Shown here piece by piece: positions 29,017-38,120 of a stretch of DNA of 64,000 nucleotides. The DNA is from Alistipes sp. Lineage in GTDB: Bacteria > Bacteroidota > Bacteroidia > Bacteroidales > Rikenellaceae. The stretch's first letter is position 1, and every line of letters begins with the position of its first letter. The notes under the pieces are model-generated. The model did no database searches, was not told where the DNA came from, and worked only from the letters and a program-made list of their open reading frames with translations. The position numbers were made by a program, and so were the translations under genes. The stretch covers positions 12,734-76,733 of the forward strand of contig JAZUPN010000025.1 in NCBI GenBank assembly GCA_045605245.1. The letters are read 5' to 3'.

Positions 29017-29973
29017 TTATTGATTACTCTTACCTTGCTCGGCATAGAAGATCGCCTCTTCGATCTGCGGAACGATATTGCAATCTTTCAACATCACTCG
29101 CTTCTCGCTATCTAACAGATAGAGCGACGGAATAGCTTTCAGATCGTACAACTCCTCATCGCGCATACGCAACTTTTTGTCGTAGCTGTTGATCCACGAT
29201 GCGGGGATATTGTGGCGATAGTTCAGCCAAGCGGTGATGTCCTCGTCGGGATATATCGCCAGCACCTTCATCACTCCACGTTCGATCATCTCGCTCAACA
29301 TCGGCGATGCGCAGATCTGTTCGCGGATCTCCTTGCAGGCGGGGCAGTCGGGGTTATTGATAAAGATCAGCAAATACTCCGCCTCGATAGCATACATACG
29401 TCCCGTACGGCCATCGTGCAGGGTATATACGAAATCGTTTGCCTTTTCGCCAATGCGATTCTTCATCGCCATATTGAGCAATTCCTGCGGACGTATCTTC
29501 TCCGCTTCGTCAAGTAGGGGAGAGGCGAGCATCACTTCGAGTGTAGGAATCAGCAACTCGTCATTGCGAAAAGGCGAATTGGGATCATACAGATATTTAT
29601 CATTCAGCGAATTGAAATAGTCGAACACAACCGAATCGGCTTCGGCGCGATGAGTCATATCTGCAATTGCCGCACGCGCAACAGACGGCTCGACATATCT
29701 CAAAATATCGATATAGTTCGCGTAAGCCTGCTCGGTGATATCGGGCTTATTGCAATATGTCGTATCGCTGAAATCGAATCGATCCCAGAAATGTTCAGCC
29801 AAATATTTAGCTCGATCCTCGACGGGCAACATCTCTGGTACCGAAATCGACGGAAACGACAACTCTTCCACAGATTGTTTCTTCTGCTCTGTCGATGCTG
29901 CCTTCTTGCCTTTTTGACCGCAGGCGGTCAGTAATGCAAGCGCAATGAGAGTCGCTATTTTAAGTGTTTTCAT
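29017..29973 (-). CDS. Thioredoxin-fold lipoprotein (TlpA-like, DUF5106-type N-terminal domain)
   Basis: 318 aa with lipobox LLTACG and a C-terminal thioredoxin fold with CPAC (NNPDCPACK). Confidence 0.62.
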   Translation of the reverse strand: MKTLKIATLIALALLTACGQKGKKAASTEQKKQSVEELSFPSISVPEMLPVEDRAKYLAEHFWDRFDFSDTTYCNKPDITEQAYANYIDILRYVEPSVARAAIADMTHRAEADSVVFDYFNSLNDKYLYDPNSPFRNDELLIPTLEVMLASPLLDEAEKIRPQELLNMAMKNRIGEKANDFVYTLHDGRTGRMYAIEAEYLLIFINNPDCPACKEIREQICASPMLSEMIERGVMKVLAIYPDEDITAWLNYRHNIPASWINSYDKKLRMRDEELYDLKAIPSLYLLDSEKRVMLKDCNIVPQIEEAIFYAEQGKSNQ

Positions 29974-30178
29974 ATACCTTATTATTATAATAGTGCAAAT
30001 GTACGATTTTAGCGCGTAAAATCAAACTCCGCATAGCGTATAAGTTCTGCTTATGCTTATATAAAATAATATGATTGCAGATTTATTGCTATTTGCCATT
30101 GTAAAATAGCGAAAAAAGTTTATTTTTGTACTCGGAAAAGCAAACAAATCAAATTACACACATAAAACTATTACGACT

Positions 30179-30727
30179 ATGAAAAAATGGAAATGTACCG
30201 TATGTGGTTATATTCACGAGGGCGATTCGGCTCCCGATAAGTGTCCTCTTTGCAAGGTTGGCGCAGATAAGTTTGTCGAGGTTGTAGAGCAGGAAGGCGA
30301 TCTTCAATTCGTTGATGAGCACGTTATCGGCGTAGCCAAGGGCGTTGATGAGGAGGTTTTGCAGGGCTTGAAGGATCACTTTATGGGTGAGTGCACCGAG
30401 GTAGGTATGTATCTTGCAATGAGCCGCCAGGCAGACCGTGAAGGTTATCCCGAAATCGCCGAGGCCTTCAAGCGTTACGCTTGGGAGGAGGCAGAGCACG
30501 CAGCCAAGTTTGCCGAGCTGTTGGGCGAAGTTGTTTGGGATACCAAGACCAATGTATATAAGCGTATGATGGCCGAGCAGGGCGCGTGCGAGGATAAGAA
30601 GCGTATTGCAACTCTTGCAAAGAAACTGAACCTTGACGCAATCCACGATACCGTACACGAAATGTGTAAGGATGAGGCTCGCCACGGCAAGGGTTTCGAG
30701 GGCCTTTACAAACGCTACTTCAAATAG
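30179..30727 (+). CDS. Rubrerythrin with N-terminal rubredoxin-like domain (reverse rubrerythrin arrangement)
   Basis: 182 aa. The N-terminus carries CTVC...CPLC. The diiron four-helix bundle carries ExxH motifs ([18 protein letters not shown]). Confidence 0.85.
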   Translation: MKKWKCTVCGYIHEGDSAPDKCPLCKVGADKFVEVVEQEGDLQFVDEHVIGVAKGVDEEVLQGLKDHFMGECTEVGMYLAMSRQADREGYPEIAEAFKRYAWEEAEHAAKFAELLGEVVWDTKTNVYKRMMAEQGACEDKKRIATLAKKLNLDAIHDTVHEMCKDEARHGKGFEGLYKRYFK

Positions 30728-30742
30728 TAGGGTAGCCCCCTA

Positions 30743-30790
30743 AACCAACAGCCTCCTGAACCTTTCGATTCAGGAGGCTGTTGGTTTTTT
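30743..30790 (+). terminator. Rho-independent terminator of the rubrerythrin gene
   Basis: AACCAACAGCCTCCTGAA-loop-TTCAGGAGGCTGTTGGTT followed by TTTT. Confidence 0.7.
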
Positions 30791-31511
30791 GTAGATATGA
30801 TTCATCACATATAATGCAATTGATTGATCTCTTTTTGTCGCCAAAAAACATTTTTGAATTTACAAGGAAAATTATTCAGCCAAATGAAAACACGTCAATT
30901 AAAACGATTTGATTATGTTAAATAGAAAATATGGTTATTTTACAATTCCCAGTAAGGGTATAGAGTGCCATTTTTTTAATATTAACCAAAAGTTCAAGAA
31001 TCGAGTTATTAGGTGGAACATTGGGAGGCATACACAACGTGCTGATTTTTTCACTGCAAATTACATATAAATAAATTTCCGCTATATAATGCTGAACTCT
31101 CCGATGTGTCCAATACTCAAAGAACCCTGAACAGAACATCCTAAACACCAATCATATGCATTTAATACTACGTATGAAATACAAGAAATGGAACTATTAG
31201 AGGATACGTATAATACGTTGGGCTTGCCGAACGCTAATAATAGAGGACGGCTCAACTCTAACAATTCCATTACAAGTGCAAAGTTACTAAATGGAGTTAA
31301 GAAAACCAAAAAAACACATATTTAACATAATGCAAATATTATTTCATCATCTTTGCAGTGGAATTATTCACCTTTTAATAGACAACACAATGAGTCAAAG
31401 AGTTATAGAGATTGCAGAACTCCCGCAACCTCAGCCCGACATTCTCGGTAAAACGGGTAAGAATCTGCATTATGCAGTATTAACAGATGTAAACCGTTAT
31501 CGTAACTATGC

Positions 31512-31745
31512 CTACCGCACATCCTGCCTTTCTCGTGCATTGGTCTCCATCAAGAACTCTTTATAATCATTAGGTAGCTTAATACCAAGACTCTGTTCAA
31601 ACGCCTCAATATCCTCCCGCTTTGCAGGGGAATACCACCATTCGGTTAGATCGTCTGCGAACTTTTGCAATTCGTCAATTACATCTGCTGATGTTGTGGG
31701 AAATGGTACTATTGCGTCAAAAAGCAAGGATAAAATAGTACTCAA
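31512..31745 (-). pseudogene. Truncated SMI1/KNR4 (SUKH-1) family immunity-protein fragment
   Basis: The 77-aa ORF contains ...REDIEAFEQSLGIKLPNDYKEFLMETN..., the characteristic N-terminal SMI1/KNR4 motif. The frame then terminates about 10 codons later. I saw no obvious continuation in the other frames. Confidence 0.45.
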
Positions 31746-32013
31746 ACAAGGTGATAGATTAGTTACTCTTCGTCGAAATGTCCGTCATAATGGCAAAAAA
31801 ATAGCCGATAAGAATTGGATTCTTACGGCTTATGATGAAACAGCAGGCGATGACGCAAGTGCTATAAGCGGCACCAATCAAGGTCAAGCTGCACAGACCC
31901 CTGCTGATTCTGTCGGCAAAGATACACAAAAGCTGGCAAAAGCCAAAGCCTCGGCAGATTTCATAATTATCAAATATTATTTAGGGTACTCATTTCCCAA
32001 TAATCTCTACTGA
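31696..32013 (+). CDS. Orphan 105-aa ORF (GTG start), possibly the C-terminal remnant of a larger gene
   Basis: The ORF overlaps the start of the SUKH fragment by 50 nt and the end of the XRE gene by 7 nt. It contains ...KIVLKQGDRLVTLRRNV...KNWILTAYDE.... I can name no family with confidence. Confidence 0.25.
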   Translation: MGNGTIASKSKDKIVLKQGDRLVTLRRNVRHNGKKIADKNWILTAYDETAGDDASAISGTNQGQAAQTPADSVGKDTQKLAKAKASADFIIIKYYLGYSFPNNLY

Positions 32014-32459
32014 ATTGTGTATGCCTCGAATGATTTGTCAGAATATAGAATAATTACACGCTCAATGTTGGCCGAGTTTTTCGCTGAAGATACGATATTT
32101 TCGATTGTTCCTTTGGTCGAATTTATTTCATTGACCGAATGAGATACAGAATTAGTATTTGATCGGATCGAAGAGTCGGCTGCGGTGTTATTCTCAACCA
32201 CATTGCTACGATTGCTCGTGCCATCAAATTTTTGCTGAACGTCTGCTTCTGAACGATACATTTGATCTGCATCAAGCAAGAGCCAATCCGGATTCAGTGT
32301 CGGAAAGCGACGCAGAATCTTAACCAGAAAATCGAAGCTTGGTTTGTTTCTTCCTGACAGAATATGAGAGATACTCGAAGGCTGTATTTCGAGAATTTCA
32401 GCCAAGCGACTTGACGAGAGTTTCTCGCTTTTCATTAATTTCAGCAATTTTTCGCGCAT
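32007..32459 (-). CDS. XRE-family helix-turn-helix transcriptional regulator
   Basis: 150 aa. The N-terminal HTH is LSSSRLAEILEIQPSSISHILSGRNKPSFDFLVKILRRFPTLNPDWLL. The C-terminal half is low-complexity and Ser/Asn-rich. Confidence 0.75.
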   Translation of the reverse strand: MREKLLKLMKSEKLSSSRLAEILEIQPSSISHILSGRNKPSFDFLVKILRRFPTLNPDWLLLDADQMYRSEADVQQKFDGTSNRSNVVENNTAADSSIRSNTNSVSHSVNEINSTKGTIENIVSSAKNSANIERVIILYSDKSFEAYTIQ

Positions 32460-32469
32460 AATCGTAAAT

Positions 32470-32502
32470 TTTTACAAATATAACACTTTTTTATTTGTAA
32501 AA
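32470..32502. promoter_or_regulatory. Perfect 11-bp inverted repeat (TTTTACAAATA / TATTTGTAAAA, 11-nt spacer) just upstream of the XRE gene
   Basis: The arms are at 32470-32480 and 32492-32502, which is 11-43 nt upstream of the XRE ATG (32457-32459). This is a candidate autoregulatory operator. Confidence 0.35.
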
Positions 32503-33101
32503 CAAGCGCTGATACACTTTTGTAAAAATGTTAATTGTTCAAAACTTATTTACAATTGTAATAACGGTCGGCCTATTGAAATTAATGACATATATTATCT
32601 GTAAGTTTTACGTGATATAAAATGCCGCAACGTGCTGATAATTAAAGCGTATATTTGGCAAGTGTCTTGTATGAGCACCTTGTCTTGTTTATTCTCGTTA
32701 ATGCCTCCTATGTGTTAATCTTTTTATTGATATAAAACTCGCAAACGATTGATTTATAGTGTCTATGTGTGTCGGTATTTCAAATATTGATCAGCGATTT
32801 ATCCTGTATTTGGTTGCTATTTGCGCGCGCTGTTGCCTATATGTGTATGATTTACAAATCGCAAATATTAACAATTGATATTGGATTACAAATGTGTAAT
32901 TTGTAAATATTTACATCTTTACAAAAGTAACAATACCCCACTCTGCTCTTGTAAATTATTGATTTTTCTTTGCTTATCAATGACTTATCTTTGATGATTG
33001 TTAATAAAAGTGTTGATTTGATAATTATGTTAAATAGATAAATAAAGGGCAGCTAACAAAATAGCTACCCTTCTGATATATAACTTATTATATATTTACA
33101 A
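32471..33101. repeat. Dispersed array of at least 9 copies of the heptamer TTTACAA/TTGTAAA in a 650-bp AT-rich non-coding region
   Basis: Exact copies start at 32471, 32495, 32520, 32549, 32851, 32901, 32918, 32949 and 33095, in both orientations. Partial copies are at 32556, 32886 and 32910. Confidence 0.55.
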
Positions 33102-33109
33102 TCCTTGTT

Positions 33110-33496
33110 CTATGCGCGCAGCATTGCGGCTATTTCGGCAAACTCGTCTGAGGTTAAATTTAGCTTTTCCTTGCGAAAATCAACATCAGATTCGGTATTC
33201 ATAGGGATCAGATGTATGTGAGCGTGCGGAACTTCGAGTCCGAGGACTACCATTGCGACCTTCTTACACTCTATTTTACATTTGATTTGTTCTGCTACCC
33301 TCTTTGCGAATACGATCATCTTCTCCAATGTCTGATCTTCGAGATTAAACAGGTAATCAATCTCCTGTTTGGGAACAACGAGTGTGTGTCCTTTCATTAA
33401 CGGATTGATATCAAGAAATGCGTAAAAGTTCTCATCCTCGGCCACCTTGTAGCTTGGGATTTCGCCTGCGATTATGCGTGAAAAAATTGTTGCCAT
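33110..33496 (-). CDS. HIT-family (histidine triad) protein
   Basis: 128 aa with the HAHIHLIP histidine triad. Confidence 0.88.
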   Translation of the reverse strand: MATIFSRIIAGEIPSYKVAEDENFYAFLDINPLMKGHTLVVPKQEIDYLFNLEDQTLEKMIVFAKRVAEQIKCKIECKKVAMVVLGLEVPHAHIHLIPMNTESDVDFRKEKLNLTSDEFAEIAAMLRA

Positions 33497-33515
33497 ACCT
33501 TATTATTTTATTGTT

Positions 33516-34088
33516 CTATTGGTCGAATTTTGGTTTGAGTATCTCTGCATAAATAACGGCCTTTGCGAGATCGAACTCTTCGGCAATATCCGACATCTCG
33601 TTCGAGGCCGCGGTATTTATGTCTTGCAATTGCGATGTTGTATTTTTTGTTACGGTTGCCGATTGCTTTGGTGCGGTTTTCTTGGGCTGAGGTTTGGGCT
33701 TGCGGGCTTGCGGAATCGTTACCTCGCCGCGCGATGAGGTGGATTCAAATCGCGGAGCGTTGTGTATCGAGGTGCTCTCTGCTTGTGTCGGAATGTATGG
33801 GCGATTCTGTCGCGCTGCCTCTACCCTTTTTCTCGACTCTATTATCTGCTTACGGATGGCTTTCGCGAGAGCCTCTTGGTCGTCGTCCAACATTTTTTCG
33901 AAATTTGGAATATTGTTGGGCTCTATTTTGCGTGCGGGAATGGCCTCTTCTCCCGAAAAATCGTGCTCGGCATCGAATCCTCGAGTTGTGTCATCGCTGT
34001 TCAACTGTTTCTCGGTGCTGCGATTAATGATGCGACCAAGTATGATAATTACAGCTGTTATTATCGCAAATATTGAAGAGGGGCTCAT
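33516..34088 (-). CDS. Membrane-anchored low-complexity protein (hypothetical)
   Basis: 190 aa with an N-terminal TM helix (IFAIITAVIIILGRII) followed by charged, Pro/Lys/Ala-rich sequence. It lies in an operon position between relA/spoT and HIT. Confidence 0.5.
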   Translation of the reverse strand: MSPSSIFAIITAVIIILGRIINRSTEKQLNSDDTTRGFDAEHDFSGEEAIPARKIEPNNIPNFEKMLDDDQEALAKAIRKQIIESRKRVEAARQNRPYIPTQAESTSIHNAPRFESTSSRGEVTIPQARKPKPQPKKTAPKQSATVTKNTTSQLQDINTAASNEMSDIAEEFDLAKAVIYAEILKPKFDQ

Positions 34089-34101
34089 AGTGTTCGTTTT
34101 T

Positions 34102-36342
34102 TTAGTTCAAATTGCGTTTTACGACCTCGATGCCTTTGATCATTCGAATCTTGTCCATCAAGCTGTTGAGAGATTGGATGTCCTTGACATATAGGCTTAT
34201 ATTGCCCTCAAATATGCCGTCGTGGCTCTGGATGTGAATCTCGCGAATGTTGATATTGAACTCGTCTTTAATCAACTGTGCCAAATCGAGGATGATGCCA
34301 ATACGGTCGATGCCTCGCAGCTCGATGGCCGAGAGGTAGGATACGGCCTTGTGTTGCGACCATTTAATCTCCTCTTTTACAATGTTTTTGCCATATTGGG
34401 CACCCAGGCGGGTGAGCTCGTCGCAGGTGTTTTTATGTACGAAAATACGGCCCGTTTCGGGATCACGATAGCCTACTACCTGGTCGCCGGGGATCGGCTT
34501 ACAGCACTCCGCAATGACGAATTGAGGCTCGATATCGGTCTCTGCACCAACAACTAAATTTTTATTGCCGCTCTGCTCGTCGCCATTTTCGATATTTTCC
34601 TCATCGGTCTCGCCATCTCCCTCTTCGTCGAGGAATAATGACCAGAATTTCAAAATTTTACGAGCCGAATTTTGGCGCAAAACCTTTTCGAGATTGTCGA
34701 GATTGAGGATCCCTGCGCCGAGTTTGCTGTAAAATTCGTCCTTTGTGGCGCACTCATAAGCGGGTAAAACCTTGACAAATACGCGTCTGCTGGGTGTAAT
34801 GCCCATATCTTTCAAACGGTCGTCAAATGCCTGCATACCACGTGCAATATTATTTTGGCGATCCTTTTTGAGGTAGCTCTTGATCGACTGCTTGGCTTTT
34901 GTTGTGGTAACGTGATCGAGCCACTCGGCTTTGGGATGAACGCTGTCTGAAGTGATGATTTCGATCTGGTCGCCGCTATGAATTTCGCTGAAAATTGGCT
35001 TGATGATGTGGTTGATTTTTGCACCGATGGCTTTGTGTCCAATCTTCGAGTGTATGTCGTAAGCGAAGTCGAGAGCGGTTGCTCCGTGAGGCATCGTTCT
35101 TGCCTCTCCCTTTGGTGTAAATACAACAATTTCAGATGTATATAGCGATAACTTAAAGTTGTCCAAGAAGTCCACAGCACTCTCGGTCGGTGAGTTGAGA
35201 GCTTCGCGAATCTTTTTGAGCCACTTGTCAAATTCGTCTTCGTTTTGCGAAATTGTTGCGTGCTTATACTTCCAATGGGCTGCAAAACCGCGCTCGGCAA
35301 TATCCTCCATTCGCTGGGTGCGAATCTGTACCTCTACCCATACGCCGTCGGGGCCCATCACGGTTGAGTGAAGAGCCTCATAGCCGTTGGCTTTGGGCAT
35401 ACTGATCCAGTCGCGCAGGCGTTCGGGTTTGGGGGTGTAGATGTCGGTGATTGACGAATATATCTGCCAGCACTGGGTCTTTTCCGAAGGGAACTGCAAT
35501 GGCTTGAATACCACGCGAATTGCAAACAGATCATAGACCTCCTCGAAGGGTATCTGTTTGCGCTGCATCTTCGACCATATCGAATAGATGCTCTTGATGC
35601 GTCCCGAAATTTCGAAATCGATACCGTTGCGCTTCAATGCATTGATGATGGGCGCATTGAAACGGGCGATATATTCATTCAGCTGAACCTTTGTCTTGCT
35701 CAATTTGTCGGCAATTTCGCGATATTGATCGGGAAATCTGTACATCATACAGAGGTCCTCTAACTCGGTCTTGATCGAATATAGGCCGAGGCGATGTGCC
35801 AGAGGGGCAAACAGATAGATTGTCTCGCTGGTAATCTTAATCTGTTTATTTACAGGCATTGCACCGAGTGTTCGCATATTGTGCAGACGGTCGGCGATCT
35901 TGATCAAAATTACGCGGACATCATCCGAGAGTGTGAGCAGAATTTTTCGGAAATTCTCTGCCTGCTCCGATGTTTCGGTGTTGAAGACTCCCGACATTTT
36001 CGTCAGACCATCGACCATTGTGGCGATCTTCTGACCGAACATATTGGTAATGTCTTCGACCGTATATTCCGTATCCTCTACCACGTCGTGCAATAGTGCG
36101 GCGACAACCGACTTTACACCCAATCCGATCTCCTCGACTGTAATTTTGGCAACTGCAATAGGATGTAGCAGGTATGGCTCGCCCGAACGGCGGCGCACGC
36201 CTTTATGGGCCTCTTTTGCAAGGAAAAAGGCCTTCTTGATGAAGTCTCGATCGCTGTTCGACTTGCATATCTTTTCGCAAATCGACATCAAATCCTCATA
36301 CTTCTCCTGAATGAGCAGTTCGTCTTCCGCCGTATAGTTCAT
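34102..36342 (-). CDS. Bifunctional (p)ppGpp synthetase/hydrolase (RelA/SpoT homologue)
   Basis: 746 aa with an HD domain (HDVVEDT), a RelA_SpoT synthetase region, then TGS and C-terminal ACT-like domains. Confidence 0.9.
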   Translation of the reverse strand: MNYTAEDELLIQEKYEDLMSICEKICKSNSDRDFIKKAFFLAKEAHKGVRRRSGEPYLLHPIAVAKITVEEIGLGVKSVVAALLHDVVEDTEYTVEDITNMFGQKIATMVDGLTKMSGVFNTETSEQAENFRKILLTLSDDVRVILIKIADRLHNMRTLGAMPVNKQIKITSETIYLFAPLAHRLGLYSIKTELEDLCMMYRFPDQYREIADKLSKTKVQLNEYIARFNAPIINALKRNGIDFEISGRIKSIYSIWSKMQRKQIPFEEVYDLFAIRVVFKPLQFPSEKTQCWQIYSSITDIYTPKPERLRDWISMPKANGYEALHSTVMGPDGVWVEVQIRTQRMEDIAERGFAAHWKYKHATISQNEDEFDKWLKKIREALNSPTESAVDFLDNFKLSLYTSEIVVFTPKGEARTMPHGATALDFAYDIHSKIGHKAIGAKINHIIKPIFSEIHSGDQIEIITSDSVHPKAEWLDHVTTTKAKQSIKSYLKKDRQNNIARGMQAFDDRLKDMGITPSRRVFVKVLPAYECATKDEFYSKLGAGILNLDNLEKVLRQNSARKILKFWSLFLDEEGDGETDEENIENGDEQSGNKNLVVGAETDIEPQFVIAECCKPIPGDQVVGYRDPETGRIFVHKNTCDELTRLGAQYGKNIVKEEIKWSQHKAVSYLSAIELRGIDRIGIILDLAQLIKDEFNINIREIHIQSHDGIFEGNISLYVKDIQSLNSLMDKIRMIKGIEVVKRNLN

Positions 36343-36371
36343 AAGCCGACGTGGTTTTGGTTAATTTTTCT

Positions 36372-37409
36372 CTATTCCTCTTTGTTTTTCATTGCCTCGC
36401 GAACCTTTGCCTCGATTTCGGCTTGCAGTTCGAGATCGTTTGTGAGCAGCTCCTTAACGGCATCGCGGCCCTGGCTCAACTTGCGGTCGCCATACGAGAA
36501 CCACGAGCCCGACTTCTTGATAACGCCCAGATCGACACCTAAATCAAGTATCTCGCCAATCTTCGAGATACCCTCGCCGAACATAATATCAAACTCGGCC
36601 TTGCGGAACGGGGGCGCAACCTTGTTCTTTACGACCTTAACTCGTACGCGGGTGCCGAGCTGCTCGTCGCCATCTTTAATTACGCTTGCTTTGCGGATGT
36701 CGATGCGAACGCTTGCGTAGAACTTCAAGGCGTTACCGCCCGTAGTTGTTTCGGGGTTGCCATAAATTACGCCGATCTTATCGCGCAGCTGGTTGATAAA
36801 GATACAAACGGTCTTAGTCTTCGAGATGCTTGCGGTCAATTTGCGCAGAGCCTGCGACATTAAACGAGCCTGCAAGCCCATCTTCGAATCACCCATTTCG
36901 CCCTCGATTTCTGCTTTGGGAGTCAAGGCGGCAACCGAGTCGATAACGATGATATCGATTGCGCTCGAACGGATCAGCGAATCCGCGATTTCGAGTGCCT
37001 GCTCGCCGTTGTCGGGCTGCGAGATCAGAAGGTTATCTACATCAACACCCAGACGCTGTGCATAGTAGCTGTCAAAAGCGTGCTCTGCATCGATAAACGC
37101 TGCGATACCGCCTGCTTTCTGTGCCTCTGCGATAGCGTGGATTGCGAGTGTGGTTTTACCTGACGATTCGGGACCGTAAATTTCGATAACGCGACCTTTG
37201 GGGTAGCCGCCTACGCCCAAGGCAACGTCGAGAGTGATCGAGCCGGAAGGAATTACTGCAATATCGGTAACGGCCTGACTGCTCATCTTCATAATCGAGC
37301 CTTTGCCAAAATCTTTCTCGATTTTGTCCATTACTGCGCTGAGTACTTTCAGCTTTTCGGGATTTACCTGAGGTTTTGCTTGAACCTCGGCTTGTTTCTT
37401 CTCTGCCAT
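36372..37409 (-). CDS. recA: Recombinase RecA
   Basis: 345 aa with Walker [10 protein letters not shown] and the canonical RecA core. Confidence 0.97.
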   Translation of the reverse strand: MAEKKQAEVQAKPQVNPEKLKVLSAVMDKIEKDFGKGSIMKMSSQAVTDIAVIPSGSITLDVALGVGGYPKGRVIEIYGPESSGKTTLAIHAIAEAQKAGGIAAFIDAEHAFDSYYAQRLGVDVDNLLISQPDNGEQALEIADSLIRSSAIDIIVIDSVAALTPKAEIEGEMGDSKMGLQARLMSQALRKLTASISKTKTVCIFINQLRDKIGVIYGNPETTTGGNALKFYASVRIDIRKASVIKDGDEQLGTRVRVKVVKNKVAPPFRKAEFDIMFGEGISKIGEILDLGVDLGVIKKSGSWFSYGDRKLSQGRDAVKELLTNDLELQAEIEAKVREAMKNKEE

Positions 37410-37440
37410 AGCTTTTCTATTTTTTCTTGTTCTTAATTAT

Positions 37441-37911
37441 TTACTTTGTAGTGTTGTGCCAATCGAGAATCTGTTGATAGTGATTCTTCGTATCGACCTT
37501 CTCGAAGATGTGTTCGATGGTGCCATCTTCGCCGACGATAAATGTTGTGCGCTGAATTCCCATATATGTTCGACCATACATCCTCTTCTCGACCCAAACA
37601 CCAAATGCTTCGGCCATCTTCTTCTCGGTGTCGCTCAATAGAGTGAAATTCAACTCGTACTTTGCGCAGAAATTCTGGTGCGAACGCTGGCTGTCGGGGC
37701 TGATGCCATAGATTTCGTAACCTTTGGCTGCCAATTCGGCCTTTCCGTCGCGCATACTCTTTGCTTCAAGCGTGCAGCCGGAGGTGTTATCCTTCGGATA
37801 GAAATAGAGAATCACTCGTCGGCCATTGATCGAGTCGTTGGTAACGATGTCGCCATTCTGCGTAATTGCTTCGAAAGTAGGCACTTTGTCGCCAATTTTA
37901 AGCTTTGTCAT
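37441..37911 (-). CDS. bcp: Thiol peroxidase Bcp (peroxiredoxin)
   Basis: 156 aa with the peroxidatic Cys context YPKDNTSGCTLEA. Confidence 0.88.
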   Translation of the reverse strand: MTKLKIGDKVPTFEAITQNGDIVTNDSINGRRVILYFYPKDNTSGCTLEAKSMRDGKAELAAKGYEIYGISPDSQRSHQNFCAKYELNFTLLSDTEKKMAEAFGVWVEKRMYGRTYMGIQRTTFIVGEDGTIEHIFEKVDTKNHYQQILDWHNTTK

Positions 37912-38050
37912 AGCGGTTTTGGATATAACGAAATTTTAACAAGTAAAAGTAGTAAAATTTATTGTGAAAACAAATTTCTGCTGCCCGAAATTTTTCAAAA
38001 AAAATGGACCTTGTTTGCCCGTATTGGAGTAATAGCGACGGAATAATCGC

Positions 38051-38085
38051 AAAAAATAAGCCGCTACCCTTTCGGAATAGCGGCT
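38051..38085 (-). terminator. Rho-independent terminator of dnaA
   Basis: AGCCGCTA-loop-TAGCGGCT stem followed on the minus strand by TATTTTTT. Confidence 0.55.
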
Positions 38086-38120
38086 AACTCTGCTTTCTCT
38101 TTATATCCCTTTTGTTTGGC

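Noticed and set aside
29979-29992. TTATTATTATAATA, resembling a Fur/PerR-type box (TTATAATnATTATAA), upstream of the rubrerythrin gene.
   Set aside because: It sits about 190 bp upstream of the rubrerythrin ATG, directly next to the start of the divergent lipoprotein gene. It is an imperfect match in AT-rich DNA and is too weak to call.
30918-31309. Two overlapping minus-strand ORFs (77 and 75 aa) in the AT-rich region after the rubrerythrin gene, considered as a frameshifted gene.
   Set aside because: There are no recognisable motifs, the ORFs overlap in different frames, and ORFs of this size arise easily by chance. I treated the region as non-coding or decayed rather than calling genes.
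32460-33109. Repeat-rich AT-rich region, considered as a CRISPR array or as oriC.
   Set aside because: The repeats are only 7-8 bp long, irregularly spaced and in both orientations, so this is not a repeat-spacer array. No cas genes are present. I found no cluster of TTATCCACA-type DnaA boxes, only 1-2-mismatch look-alikes such as TGTGTATGA and TTATCCTGT, so an origin call is unsupported.
25737-33109. Searched both AT-rich patches and their flanks for integrase, transposase, tRNA attachment sites or long terminal inverted repeats that would define a mobile element.
   Set aside because: I found none. Only the 9-bp direct repeat flanking the WYL cassette, reported separately as a weak lead, hints at how it was acquired, so no mobile_element feature is called.
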